Of a DNA stretch of 64,000 nt, positions 1 through 10,494 are shown one piece after another (within the stretch, counting starts at the first letter, position 1; each line of letters opens with the position of its first letter). The stretch covers positions 11,594,001-11,658,000 of the forward strand of contig OZ024749.1 in assembly GCA_964016885.1 (NCBI GenBank). The letters run 5' to 3'. The notes under the pieces are model-generated. The model saw only the letters and a program-made list of their open reading frames with translations. It made no database searches and had not been told where the DNA came from. This stretch comes from Eledone cirrhosa (lineage: Eukaryota). A program made the translations under genes and the position numbers.

Positions 1-79
1 CATACAAAAGTGAGTTACAAATGAAACGAAATTTAATTTCGTTTCGTTATTTGTTTTTACTATATATATATATATATAT

Positions 80-1945
80 ATATATTGAAAGGATAACAAG
101 GACGATTGATTACTCCTTCATTGCATTTATTGATAGGTGACGCGCGTTTCGCCACTGATCAGCTCAAGGTTCGATCTGTATCAATCCTACCCGACTCAAT
201 AATCGGCGGCTTGACGGACCCTCTTAAAATGCTATAAGAAAATGAGATACATGCTATGTGGTAACGTCAGAGTTTCAAGAGTTTGACAAAATGAGTTGTT
301 TTGATTGGTGGGAAGGATCAAGGGGATGTACTGGCCTGTAGTGTATATGGGGGTGGGTGTGATGGTGAGATGTTGGTGACGGTCAGTGGATGAGATGGGC
401 TGTGGTGTGGTGGTGGTGGGTTGGCCTTGGCCTGTAGAGTATATGGGGGTGGATGTGATGATATGGTGGTGGTTATGGTCGCTTACTGGGATGGGCTGTG
501 GTATGAGGTTAGTGGGTTGTCGGTAGACGGGTTGTCATGTGCGGGGTGTGGTTGTGGTGTTGTTTATGGTAGTGGCGTTTGTGGTGGTGTGGTGGATGTG
601 TTGGTGGTGTCAACTCCTTACGGAGATACATAGCAAGACGCTCTTCGTCTGACAAATACGTTGTATATATGTATACACACACACATATGTATATATGCGC
701 ACATATATTGATGTATAAACACACACAAAACACATACGCACACCCTCGCTTATACATATCGACACACGCGCATACACAGCCATATGTATATATACACACT
801 CCCGAACCAACGCAAGTGTGTGTGTATGTATTTTTTTAAATATGCGTGCGTGTACATATATATGTGTATGTCTACATATATGTATATAGGTGAATCTGTG
901 TGTATGTGTATATGTGCATGTATGTATATGTGTGTGTGTATATATATATATGTGTTTGTATGTGTATGTTTTGTATACGTGTATGTGCCCATATCCGTAT
1001 ATGTGTGTGAGTGTATGTGTATGTATGCATAACACCTTCTCCATTGCCTCTCACCTTCCCTTCATTTTTGTCCTTCGCCACCCCCACCAATACTCCCCCC
1101 ACTCTCCATATTTATGCGCGCATGCACATACGTGTGTGTATATATACATATGGCTGTGTATGCGCGTGTGTCGATATGTGTAAGCGAGGGTGTGCGTATG
1201 TGTTTTGTGTGTGTTTATACATCAATATATGTGCGCATATATACATATGTGTGTGTATATACATATATACAACGTATTTGTCAGACGAAGAGCGTCTTGC
1301 TATGTATCTCCGTAAGGAGTTGACACCACCAACACATCCACCACACCACCACAAACGCCACTACCATAAACAACACCACAACCACACCCCGCACATGACA
1401 ACCCGTCTACCGACAACCCACTAACCTCATACCACAGCCCATCCCAGTAAGCGACCATAACCACCACCATATCATCACATCCACCCCCATATACTCTACA
1501 GGCCAACCCACCACCACCACACCACAGCCCATCTCATCCACCGACCGTCACCAACATCTCACCATCACACCCACCCCCATATACACTACAGGCCAGTACA
1601 TCTCCTTGATCCTTCCCACCAATCAAAACAACTCATTTTGTCAAACTCTTGAAACTCTGACTTTACCACATAGCATGTATTTCATTTTCTTATAGCATTT
1701 TAAGAGGGTCCGTCAAGCCGCCGATTATTGAGTCGGGTAGGATCGATACAGATCGAACCTTGAGCTGATCAGTGGCGAAACGCGCGTCACCTATCAATAA
1801 ATGCAATGAAGGAGTAATCAATCGTCCTTGTTATCCTTTCAATATATTACACTCTGTATAGCTCTACACCTCATCACAGAAGTGAACCTAAACATCGAGT
1901 GCTCTCCCGGATGAACCTGCAGTAACTCCTAGTTACACCCCCTGG
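80..1945 (+). mobile_element. Fold-back Penelope-like pLTR element (family A): inverted arms 80-799 and 1134-1847, unique tail 1848-1945, flanked by (TA)n
   Basis: The arms are near-identical reverse complements. Each holds a hammerhead-like motif. GAGTGCT at 1897-1903 and a GTAACT/AGTTAC hairpin lie in the tail. Confidence 0.8.
1704..1795 (+). ncRNA. Hammerhead-like motif with variant core CCGTCAA and extended stem II (mirror copy at ~132-223 on -)
   Basis: GAGGGT-CCGTCAA-[GCCGCcGATTA...TGATCaGTGGC]-GAAA-C-GCGC-GTC^-ACCTATC. The core deviates from CUGANGA. Confidence 0.5.
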
Positions 1946-2000
1946 ATATATATATATATACGATATTAACAAATGAAAACTATATTTATAAAACCATATT

Positions 2001-2065
2001 TATTTCATTATACATATTTCAAGGATACCAAGTTAAATTATGGTATGCCTTCATCAGACAAAATA
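2001..2065 (-). ncRNA. Type I hammerhead ribozyme (mirror arm of 2222-2286)
   Basis: Exact reverse complement of the + strand motif. Confidence 0.75.
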
Positions 2066-2221
2066 CAGTATATACCAGTTTTATAAATAAACATTGACGT
2101 ACCCTTTCAAAATGTAACCGTTACTTTTGGAAGACATCAGGATATCCTGATGTCTTCCAAAAGTAACGGTTGCATTTTGAAAGGGTACGTCAATGTTTAT
2201 TTATAAAACTGGTATATACTG

Positions 2222-2286
2222 TATTTTGTCTGATGAAGGCATACCATAATTTAACTTGGTATCCTTGAAATATGTATAATGAAATA
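2222..2286 (+). ncRNA. Type I hammerhead ribozyme
   Basis: Stem I TATTTTGT/ATGAAATA; CTGATGA 2230-2236; stem II AGGcATACCA...TGGTATCCT; GAAA 2267-2270; minimal stem III T-ATGT-A; AUA cleavage triplet ending 2278. Confidence 0.8.
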
Positions 2287-2429
2287 AATATGGTTTTATA
2301 AATATAGTTTCCATTTGTTAATATCGTATATCTACTCCAAATACTTGTCGAGTGCTTTATATCAGTTATAAAAATATTTGCTTGTTGTACCCCAACAATT
2401 TAAATAGAACTTTTGCATATATATATATA

Positions 2430-2585
2430 GTAATAATAATAAATTTGAAGACTAAAATCCAAAGAGGGCTCGATAAGAATAAATATATATCAGATATATA
2501 AGAATGGTAGAGCAGAAGATCCCGTTAAGGGTGAAAGCAGCGATTCTTTGCTTAAACATTAATCTGTTATTTTAATAAATAAATA
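2430..2585 (+). mobile_element. Short (TA)n-inserted element (family C) with hammerhead-like CAGAAGA-TCCC/GGGT-GAAA
   Basis: Related copies at 2906-3062 (internally inverted), 10031-10128 (-) and 58995-59052. Confidence 0.55.
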
Positions 2586-2592
2586 TATATAT

Positions 2593-2858
2593 AAACAGAA
2601 GGGATATTCAATTTGTTGGTAATTCAACAAATATAAATGATTATAACTGATTCAGAGCACTCAACAAGTTACTGGAGTATAATCCACAATGATATTAAAT
2701 AAATGGGAACTATATTTATAAAACCATATTTATTCCATTATATATATTTCAAGGGTACCAACAATTTTGGTACGCTATCATCAGATAAAATACGAAGTGT
2801 GTTTTATAAATTTTGACATAACCAATGATAATATACCTTAACGGTTCAAGTTATCCCT

Positions 2859-2860
<2 letters not shown>
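2593..2860 (-). mobile_element. Family B hammerhead element, single arm
   Basis: Homologous to 2144-2416. Motif at 2656-2662 (GAGTGCT on -), terminal TTTGTTG/CAACAAA hairpin, (TA)n flanks. Confidence 0.75.
2731..2792 (-). ncRNA. Type I hammerhead ribozyme
   Basis: TATTTTAT-CTGATGA-tagcGTACCAA..TTGGTACcctt-GAAA-TATATATA^-ATGGAATA on the - strand. Confidence 0.7.
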
Positions 2861-2905
<45 letters not shown>

Positions 2906-2908
<3 letters not shown>

Positions 2909-3280
2909 ATAATAATACATTTGAAGACTAAAATCCAAAGAGGGCTCGATAAGGATAAATATATATCAAATATATAAGAAGCCTAGAGCAAATATTTATT
3001 AAAATAACAGATTAAAGTTTAAGCAAAGAATCACTGCTTTCATCCTTAACGGGATCTTCTGAATAATACAAGTGGAAGCTTAGTAAAATCGAAGCTTTGG
3101 CTGTGGCCAAGCAAAGTCGACCTACAATAAGGAATGAGTAGCAAAGCACTCAATAAGGGTTGGTCCTTAGAGTAATAACATTACGTTTAAATAGCTTGAC
3201 AATTGAAAATTGTGGTAGGCAAAACCCAACCATACAATACCAAAACAACGAAAGAACTAATCAGGTTAAAAACATATAAT
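2906..3280. mobile_element. Rearranged family C element plus another pLTR-like tail fragment
   Basis: 2906-2990 is collinear with 2430-2514. About 2995-3062 is the inverted 3' half. AGCACTC at 3145-3151. Confidence 0.5.
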
Positions 3281-3294
3281 ATATATATATATAA

Positions 3295-3477
3295 TAGTTT
3301 TTACTTTAGGTACAAGGCCAGCAATTACCCAGTGCATTACTGGTACTTTATTTTATCGACTCCGTAAGGATGAAAGGCAAAGTCAACCTCGGCGGGATTT
3401 GAACTTAGATCGTAAAGGGACGTAACTGTGCTGGAAAGCATGGCGTCCGACCCTCTACCGATACTGCCAATCCACCT
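3295..3477 (-). mobile_element. tRNA-derived SINE (octopus-type). Other copies: ~7870-7965, 8745-8810, 30240-30413, 33633-33712, 44470-44864 (two in tandem), 48070-48205, 54611-54742, 58912-58988, 62381-62575, 63760-64000
   Basis: A box TGGCAGTATCGG, B box GTTCAAATCC, body CTTTGCCTTTCATCCTTACGGGGTCGATAAAATAAAGTACCAG. The 33633 copy has an 18-bp TSD GAATGTGACTCAGATAAT. Confidence 0.85.
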
Positions 3478-3480
3478 ATA

Positions 3481-6400
3481 TCTATATATATAAATCTGAG
3501 GAATTGTGTGTTAAGGTTTGTAACGGATTCACGTCCACAATTTCCAACGGATTCTATTCAAAGTCAGGACAATTATTGCTTTTGGTCAGGAAAAGGTCAT
3601 GAAGCAAAAAAATTTCAAATCCATCAACAATAAGGGCAAAAATCGATCATGATCATTCCCCCTCTCTATAATTTAACTGCTTTACTCTCTCTGACGCTCT
3701 TCACTCTTTATATGACAACACTGCAGAGAGAGAGAAACAATGTTTATAATCAAATGAAGCGTTCCGTATATTCCCTCTCTCTATAATTTAACTGCTTTAC
3801 TCTCCCTGTCGCTCTTCACTCCCTATATGACAACACTGCAGTGGAGCGTTCCGTATTGACTCGGGCATTTTCAATCGGCTTATTGCAAATAACAACCCGC
3901 AAAATAACACTTCATATAACAGATTAATGCTATAGACATATGAATCGGAATGTAACCTGTGAACTTTTTCCTGGGCAAAATTATTCGAACAGACATGACC
4001 TCATTGCCAGAGTGTTCAGACTGAAACTGGCTAAACTCATGGCTTTAATCAAAAAAGGGTCAGGTATTTGGGGCTGTAAAATGTGACATGTTCACCGTCG
4101 AATGGTAAAAACGAGGGCTGCCACATGCTCACATCTTGATTTGGTTAGCTGATAAAATCAATTCAAATGCCATAGGCAGCTTCATTTCGGCTGAAATCCC
4201 TAACCCAGCAACTGACCAGGAATTACATGACATCGTCAAAGCTAATATGGTCCGTGCGCGTCGGGTCCTAATGAGCATCACACGTGTCTGAAAGGGGGCG
4301 TCATGTTGTAAGGGATACCAAAAAAAATTTGTTGACCAGACTCAGACTGGTGACGACGGGTACTCCCTGTACAGGCGGAGACGGCCCGAGAACGGTGGCT
4401 TCACCACAACAGTAAAGGGAAGTCAAGTCGACAATAGATGGGTGGTCCCTTACTTCCCGCTTCTCTTGAAGATGTTCAACGCCCACATCAACGTTGAGTT
4501 TTGCAACTCCGTCAAGTCGATAAAATACATATGCAAATATGTAAATAAGGGCTCTGATGCCGTAATATTCGCATTTCAAGCTGAAAATAGCAGGGACGAG
4601 GTCAGAGAATACCTGGCGGGGCAGGTATGAAGCTTTTTGGTGCCTATTTGGTTTACCCCTACACCAACGGCACCCAGCCATCGTACAGCTTGCGGTACAT
4701 TTGGAAAATGGGCAAAGGCTTTACTTTACGGACCAAACCGCTACCAAGATGGCCGCCGATCCGAAACTCTGACGGGTTTCCTCAAACTTTGCCGGTTCAA
4801 TACATTTGCGCAAACAATTGTGTACCCCCAGGTTCCATCCTACTTTATATGGTCGAAAAACACTTGGGTGCGAAGAAAGTCAGGTCAGGCTGTTGAAAGA
4901 CATCCTGGTGTAAAATTTGACAGCTGTCTTGGAAGGGTTTACACTGTGCCCCCAAGTCAGCATGAATGCTTTCATCTCCGCCTTCTTCTGCATGAGGTTG
5001 TAGGCCCACAAAGTTTTCAGGACCTCAAAACTGTTGATGGAGTAATATGTGATACGTACCGGGAAGCCTGCTTTAAGCGTGGTCTTTTGGAAGATGATTC
5101 GCAATGGGATTCCACTTTAGCAGAGAGTGCTTTGTTGAAATCACCTAAAGGTCTACGGGAACTCTGCCATTTTGCTTCAAAAGTGTGAATTGGATGATCC
5201 CAAATCTTTATGGGTCAAGTACAGAGACTTCATGTCTGAAGACTTCCTGCGCCTGGCTCATCTGCAGCATACTTCAGTGGAAGTTGGTTACAGCGACATT
5301 ATCTACAACAGGGCACTCATTGATATCGAGGACACCCTCCTCGACATGGGTGGGAGTGAATTGGCGACGTATGGCTTTCCGTCAACCGTCAGAGAGAAAG
5401 CTAACACGTTGGCCCCGGATTTGTTGCGGGAAACAGCATATGACATCGAATCTCTTTCCCAATACTTAGAGGAAAATGAGCCCAAACTTCTGTCGGACCA
5501 AAGGTTGTCCTATTTAACTATCATTGACGCGGTTCAAAATCAGACTGGGGGTATTTACTTTCTCGATGCTCCTGGGGGTACCGGAAAAAAACTTTTGTAA
5601 CGAAATTGATTCTCGCTAAGATTCGTCAGGAGAAAAAAATTGCGTTGGCCGTTGCATCGTCCGGGATCGCTGCTACTTTGCTGCCGGGAGACAGGCCAGC
5701 AAATTCGACCTTTAAACTCCCCTTGAATTTAGTAAAAACTGAGACACCAACATGCAATATCAGCAAGAGTTCACACGAAGCTCTGGTTCTCAAAAAATGT
5801 TGCCTCATTGTTTGGGATGAGTGGAGAATGGCACACAAGGTTGCTCTTGAGGCATTGGACAGGACCCTGAAAGACATTAGGGATTCTACGGCTCCTATGG
5901 GTGGCGTAACCCTTCTGCTATCAGGGGATTTTCGGCAAACTCTGCCTGTCATCCCCAACGGGACAAGAGCTGATGAAGTGCGTGCCTGCCTTAAGCCGTC
6001 CATTTTGTGGCTCCAAGTGAAGAGTTTGTACCTGAGCACAAATATGCGTACTCATTTTCATGGTGTAAACATGTCTGCACCATTTGCTCAGAACATTTTA
6101 GCACTTGGTGAGGGTAAGGTCCCTGCGGATGACAAGGGCGGCATAGCAATCGACTCCCTGTGCAACATTGTGAGAAGCCCTTCTGACCTTTGGGAAGTAG
6201 CTTTTCCTAATGTCTCATCTAACTTTAAAAACCTCGATTGGCTCAGCGAAACAGCCATCCTTGCTCCGAAAAATACCATGGTTAATTTTATTAACGAGCA
6301 GCTGATTGAGAAGATTCCCGGTAAAGATCACATCTTCAAATCTATCGACCGGACGTCAGACCCCGACGATATCGTTAATTATCCGGTAGAGTTATTAAAT

Positions 6401-7191
6401 TCCCTTGAGCCCCCAGGGCTCCCACCTCACATTCTTAAGCTTAGGGTTGGCTGTCCCATTATGCTAATAAGGAACTTGCGTCCACCAAAGCAGTGCAACG
6501 GTACTCGCATGGTCGTCAAGTCACTGACGCCCCTCTTGATTGAGGCCACCATTGTAACGGGGAGTGGGAGAGGGGAGAATGTTTTCATTCCAAGGATTAA
6601 CCTTTTCCCGTCAGATATCCCGTTCGATTTTCGGCGTCAGATATCCCGTTCGATTTCCAGCGATCCCAATTCCCGGTGAGACCGTGTTTTGCCATGTCCA
6701 TTAACAAGTCACAAGGCCAAACATTGTCGGTGGCAGGCATCCATTTGGGGGAGCCATGCTTCTCCCATGACCAACTTTATGTTGCCTGTTCCCGCGTAGG
6801 GAGCAGGAATGGACTTTTTGCTTACACTCCTCAAGGGATGACACACGCAATATCGTCTACAAAGAGGTACTATAGATATTGGTACAGGTATTGGAGGTGT
6901 TGGAGCTATGCCGTCTGGAAAACTGGTAGGGTCACCCATGGCGGACAGATTTGACACCCAGCGGCATCAGGGCCACCATCTTGCAACTTTGGTCTACTAA
7001 ATTCGTTATTGGAAGATTATTAACCCATCATTGATTGTCCAAAATGCTAATTGGTTCGTAACGTTTAATAACCGGTTCAACTGCTTTATGCACTTAATTG
7101 ATAAGCTTATTCACTTTCAAGCCACGATTACCTGTGTGTAACTTTTCATAGCAAATGAACAAACCCGAGCAACGCCGGGCTAAACTGCTAG
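3481..7191 (+). mobile_element. Helitron, internally deleted and decayed
   Basis: A|TC 5' end at 3481; 3' hairpin CCCGAGC-AAC-GCCGGG at 7164-7179; CTAG|T end at 7191; RepHel remnants inside. Confidence 0.92.
3950..6870 (+). pseudogene. Helitron Rep (HUH)-PIF1 helicase, frameshifted
   Basis: VEW*KRGLPHAHIL (~4096-4140), KYICKYVNKG, DAPGGTGK, IVWDE, GDFRQTLPV, FAMSINKSQGQT, spread over several broken ORFs. Confidence 0.93.
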
Positions 7192-7212
7192 TAATATATA
7201 TATATATATATA

Positions 7213-7800
7213 AATCTTGCAAGCCACACCAATGTCGCTGTGGAACCACCGTGGACACTTTCGGCTCCACCCGCTTTCCTGTCGCCACAGTGCCGGCCGC
7301 CTTCCACGCCTGGCTGCCCTCAACGAGGTCATAAATCATGGCTTGGACGCTGCAAGCTTCCCTTCCCAGCTTGAGTCGGTGGGGCTGGACCGAGGAGATG
7401 GCAAAAGGCAAGATGGTATGATCATCTTCCTGTTCCGCGGTGGCAAAGCACTCGCCGGGATGCCACTTACACCGACACTTTCTCCAGTCACAACCTGGTG
7501 CAGTCTGCGACTAACCCAGGTTCTGCTGCACGTCGGGCTGAAGAGGCTAAACTCTTCAAATACTGGTCGCTCTCAGACAGGTTTCCGGTTGTACCCTTTG
7601 CAGTGGAGACTTCTGGTGTCCTCGGCCCTAGGGCTACCTCCCTACTCACCGCCATAGGCGCTGAGCTGGCCACCCGCAGGTGTGAGCCTCGCAAGCTGGA
7701 ATGGCTTTTCCAACGCGTCTCCTTTGCCGTCCTCTGGAGAAACGCCTTCTTCATTCTGTCCGCCGGGAGGCCACCAATATGATTGACTGACTTGTCATTT
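7213..7800 (+). mobile_element. 3' fragment of a CRE-like non-LTR retrotransposon (restriction-like endonuclease domain)
   Basis: HPLSC..GRLPR.AALNEVI, DGKRQDG, AE..K..KY, PFAVETSG, FQRVSFAV..NA motifs. Starts right after (TA)n. Confidence 0.75.
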
Positions 7801-8429
7801 TATCAGTCAGATGTTCAAGTGCCAATCCATTATATTTTGGTTTCTATTAATTCCCTGGAAAATTGGTTCACCTTTGTACTAAACTGGTACTTATTTTTAT
7901 CGAAGTTGACCTCGGCGGAATTTGAACACTGCATTCTATCCGACGTTCTAATGACTCTGTCAATTTGCCACATATATCTCTATTACTTAATTATATAAAT
8001 ATTTTACATGAAAATATAGACTCATTTTAAGTGAACACTGTGTGAATTGGTGAGACACCACAAGAGGTACCGAAACCTCCTTTAATATTTTTCAAGGAAG
8101 CCATGTACACATGGTGGATTGTGAAACTATTAATATTTTACTAATGCTGTGACATTTAAAAATGGAAATAACGGAAATTTGAAAAAAAAGTCAACTCTTG
8201 CTACAATCCGAATCTTGTATAAGAACAGTAACGAAAAATGAAAATGGATGAAAGTAATTGAAGAACAAATAATAAATATTTTACAGAGAAATGTTTTCAA
8301 TGAAACAAAAAAATAAAAAATGTCTTCGAAAAATTTAAAATGAAAAAAAAAAAAGATTTGTTTAAATTGAAAAACAAAATTTCCTGTTTAGAGAGTTACT
8401 TCCCTTGTTGGTAAAGTTTCTCGTGAAAA

Positions 8430-8522
8430 ATGGACAACACAATTATTTTAGATTCCAGCGACTCAGAAACAATTATTTTAGAAAATACACCTAAAATAAA
8501 TGTTAGAAAGTCAACACGACGG
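8430..8522 (+). CDS. ZNF451: ZNF451-like gene, coding exon 1 (MDNTIILDSSDSETIILENTPKINVRKSTRR)
   Basis: ATG at 8430, donor GTATGT at 8523, 93 nt phase 0. Two SIM-like motifs. In frame with the next exon. Confidence 0.7.
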
Positions 8523-8974
8523 GTATGTATTTTGATAATGTAAAATTATTTCCTTTAATAGTCAGTATGTGAGTATGTGTTTAAATAGCTTTCTGGTTTC
8601 AGTTGGTCAAAATTGAAAATAAATTAACGACGGTTTTTGAAATTATTTCTTATGTGAATGTAATTAGTTTGTAATTAATTGCCTTATATAAAGCCCTTTA
8701 TTAATTAAAACATTTCGTAATTTTTGAATTAAGTAATTATTATTATTAGCTTTCATCCTTACTGGCGTCAATAAAATACCAGTAACAGGTTCAATAAAAT
8801 CGATTTTCCCTATATTGTTGTGATGAATGTAGAAACAATTATTCATATAACCACAAAAGAAAAAAATACTCTTTTCTCACTGTTTATTGATATGTTTGTT
8901 ATTCAGAATAGAAAAAATAAGGAACTACAGAAATACACGGCAAATAACATTTTTATGATTCAATCCTCTCTTCC

Positions 8975-9020
<46 letters not shown>

Positions 9021-9227
9021 ATTAAAATACTTTTAATACTTTATCTTGACTCTGTATTCCGTTTATCTTTATTCTGTTTATCTTTATTCTGTATTCCGTT
9101 TATCTTTCACCGAAAGTGATTTTTGAATGCATCTCTTCTTTCCATGATATCCGGATTACATTGAGTTCTTCATACGGATTGGACACTACCGTAAACTCTT
9201 GGTAGATTTATCTACATATATATATAT

Positions 9228-9440
9228 AAACAATGAGTTAGAGACCTTGTTGATATGTAATCAACAGAATTATGTCCATAACAGATCGAAGAACTCGACA
9301 AGTAATATTTAAGGTTCGATCTGTATTGATCTGGCCCGACTCTGGAATCAAAAGCTCGTCGGACCTGTGTGACGGCAGAAATTAAATCTTTTTTAAACCA
9401 GTGCAGGTCGTGACAACTTTTATGGCTCGATAGGGGCAGA
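9228..9440 (-). mobile_element. Family A pLTR fragment (core CCGACGA, GAAA half deleted)
   Basis: Shares AAGGTTCGATCTGTA..CCCGACTC with element A. GAGTTCT motif at 9290-9296 on -. (TA)n flanks. Confidence 0.55.
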
Positions 9441-9454
9441 TATATATATATATA

Positions 9455-9644
9455 TAACGAAGGTAAAGTGGTAATGAACCAGGTGGACCATAACGCACCA
9501 AAGTACTCAATACTTAGGGTAGTAGAGTGGGTAATAGGAACGAGTAGGACCCCGACGGCTGAGCTCAAGCCGTTTCGACGGCTAATTCAGTCCAGAATTA
9601 GCCGTCGAAACGGCTTGAGCTCAGCCGTCGGGGTCCTACTCGTT

Positions 9645-9649
<5 letters not shown>
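9455..9649 (-). mobile_element. Small fold-back element: perfect 55-bp arms 9534-9588/9595-9649 carrying the 3' half of a hammerhead
   Basis: GAAAC-GGCT..AGCC-GTC stem III; GAGTACT at 9502-9508 on -. Related tail at ~22870-22920. Confidence 0.7.
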
Positions 9650-9695
<46 letters not shown>

Positions 9696-9777
9696 TGATA
9701 ATGGTATATATGTATATTATATATATTAATTAATTCAAAATATTAATAAATATAGACGTTCATGTATGTAATCAAAT

Positions 9778-9845
9778 ATATTTTATTATATATATTTCGG
9801 AGGTACTGTACTGTTTCCTCAGTACGTCCTCATCAGATAAAATAT
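9778..9845 (-). ncRNA. Type I hammerhead ribozyme within a (TA)n-flanked element (~9695-10000)
   Basis: ATATTTTAT-CTGATGA-GGAcGTACTG..CAGTACcTCC-GAAA-TATATATA^-ATAAAATAT. Perfect 9-bp stem I. Confidence 0.85.
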
Positions 9846-9998
9846 ATAAATTGATGTATAACATACCTCAACTGTGCTGATGGCTCAATTCCAGTCTTGG
9901 CAGTGGTTAATTATAACAAAACTCAATATTTATATACCATAAGTACTAACATGACAAACTACATATAATGGAGAGGGTGAGTAGGAAAACGTGTAGAA

Positions 9999-10035
<37 letters not shown>

Positions 10036-10494
10036 TAAAATAACAGATTAAAGTTTAAGCAAAGAATCGCTGCTTTCACCCTTAACGGGATGTTCTGAAA
10101 CTCTGCTCTAGGGTTCTTATATATTTGAAGTTCCCATGGGCAGCCAGTATGATAATAAACAGGAGAGAGCTAAGAACAAAGCCTTGGTTGATGCTAAATT
10201 CCTCACCACAGTCGTTGTTAATCCTAACTTTGCTGACTGCTCCCCTATACATGGCTTGTACAGCCTTCATAAGCCACTCATTTACTCCTAGTATTCTAAG
10301 AGCTCACCAGATTATGGCATGGAGCACTCTGTCCAGATCAACAAATACCAGGTAGAGCAGCTTTTAGCTAGGTACTTTTCCTGCAGCTGCTTCACCAGGA
10401 AGAGAGCATGTGGTGCTTTTATGTGGTACAAATCTGAACTGCATCTCATCTAGATTTACCTGGTCCCTAATCAGCTGTGCTATAACTCTCTGTG

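Larger units (their letters stand above)
1956..2416 (+). mobile_element. Fold-back hammerhead element (family B): 376-bp near-perfect palindrome 1956-2331 with no spacer, plus tail
   Basis: Centre GAT|ATC at 2143/2144, about 2 mismatches between arms, GAGTGCT at 2350-2356, (TA)n on both sides. Confidence 0.85.

Noticed and set aside
421-1506. Overlapping ORFs in element A
   Set aside because: Low-complexity (CA/TA/GGT) translations mirrored by the inverted repeat.
1956-2331. Palindromes as amplification or assembly chimeras
   Set aside because: Arms carry mismatches and indels, have a consistent one-sided tail and align with element boundaries. Long-read confirmation is still advisable.
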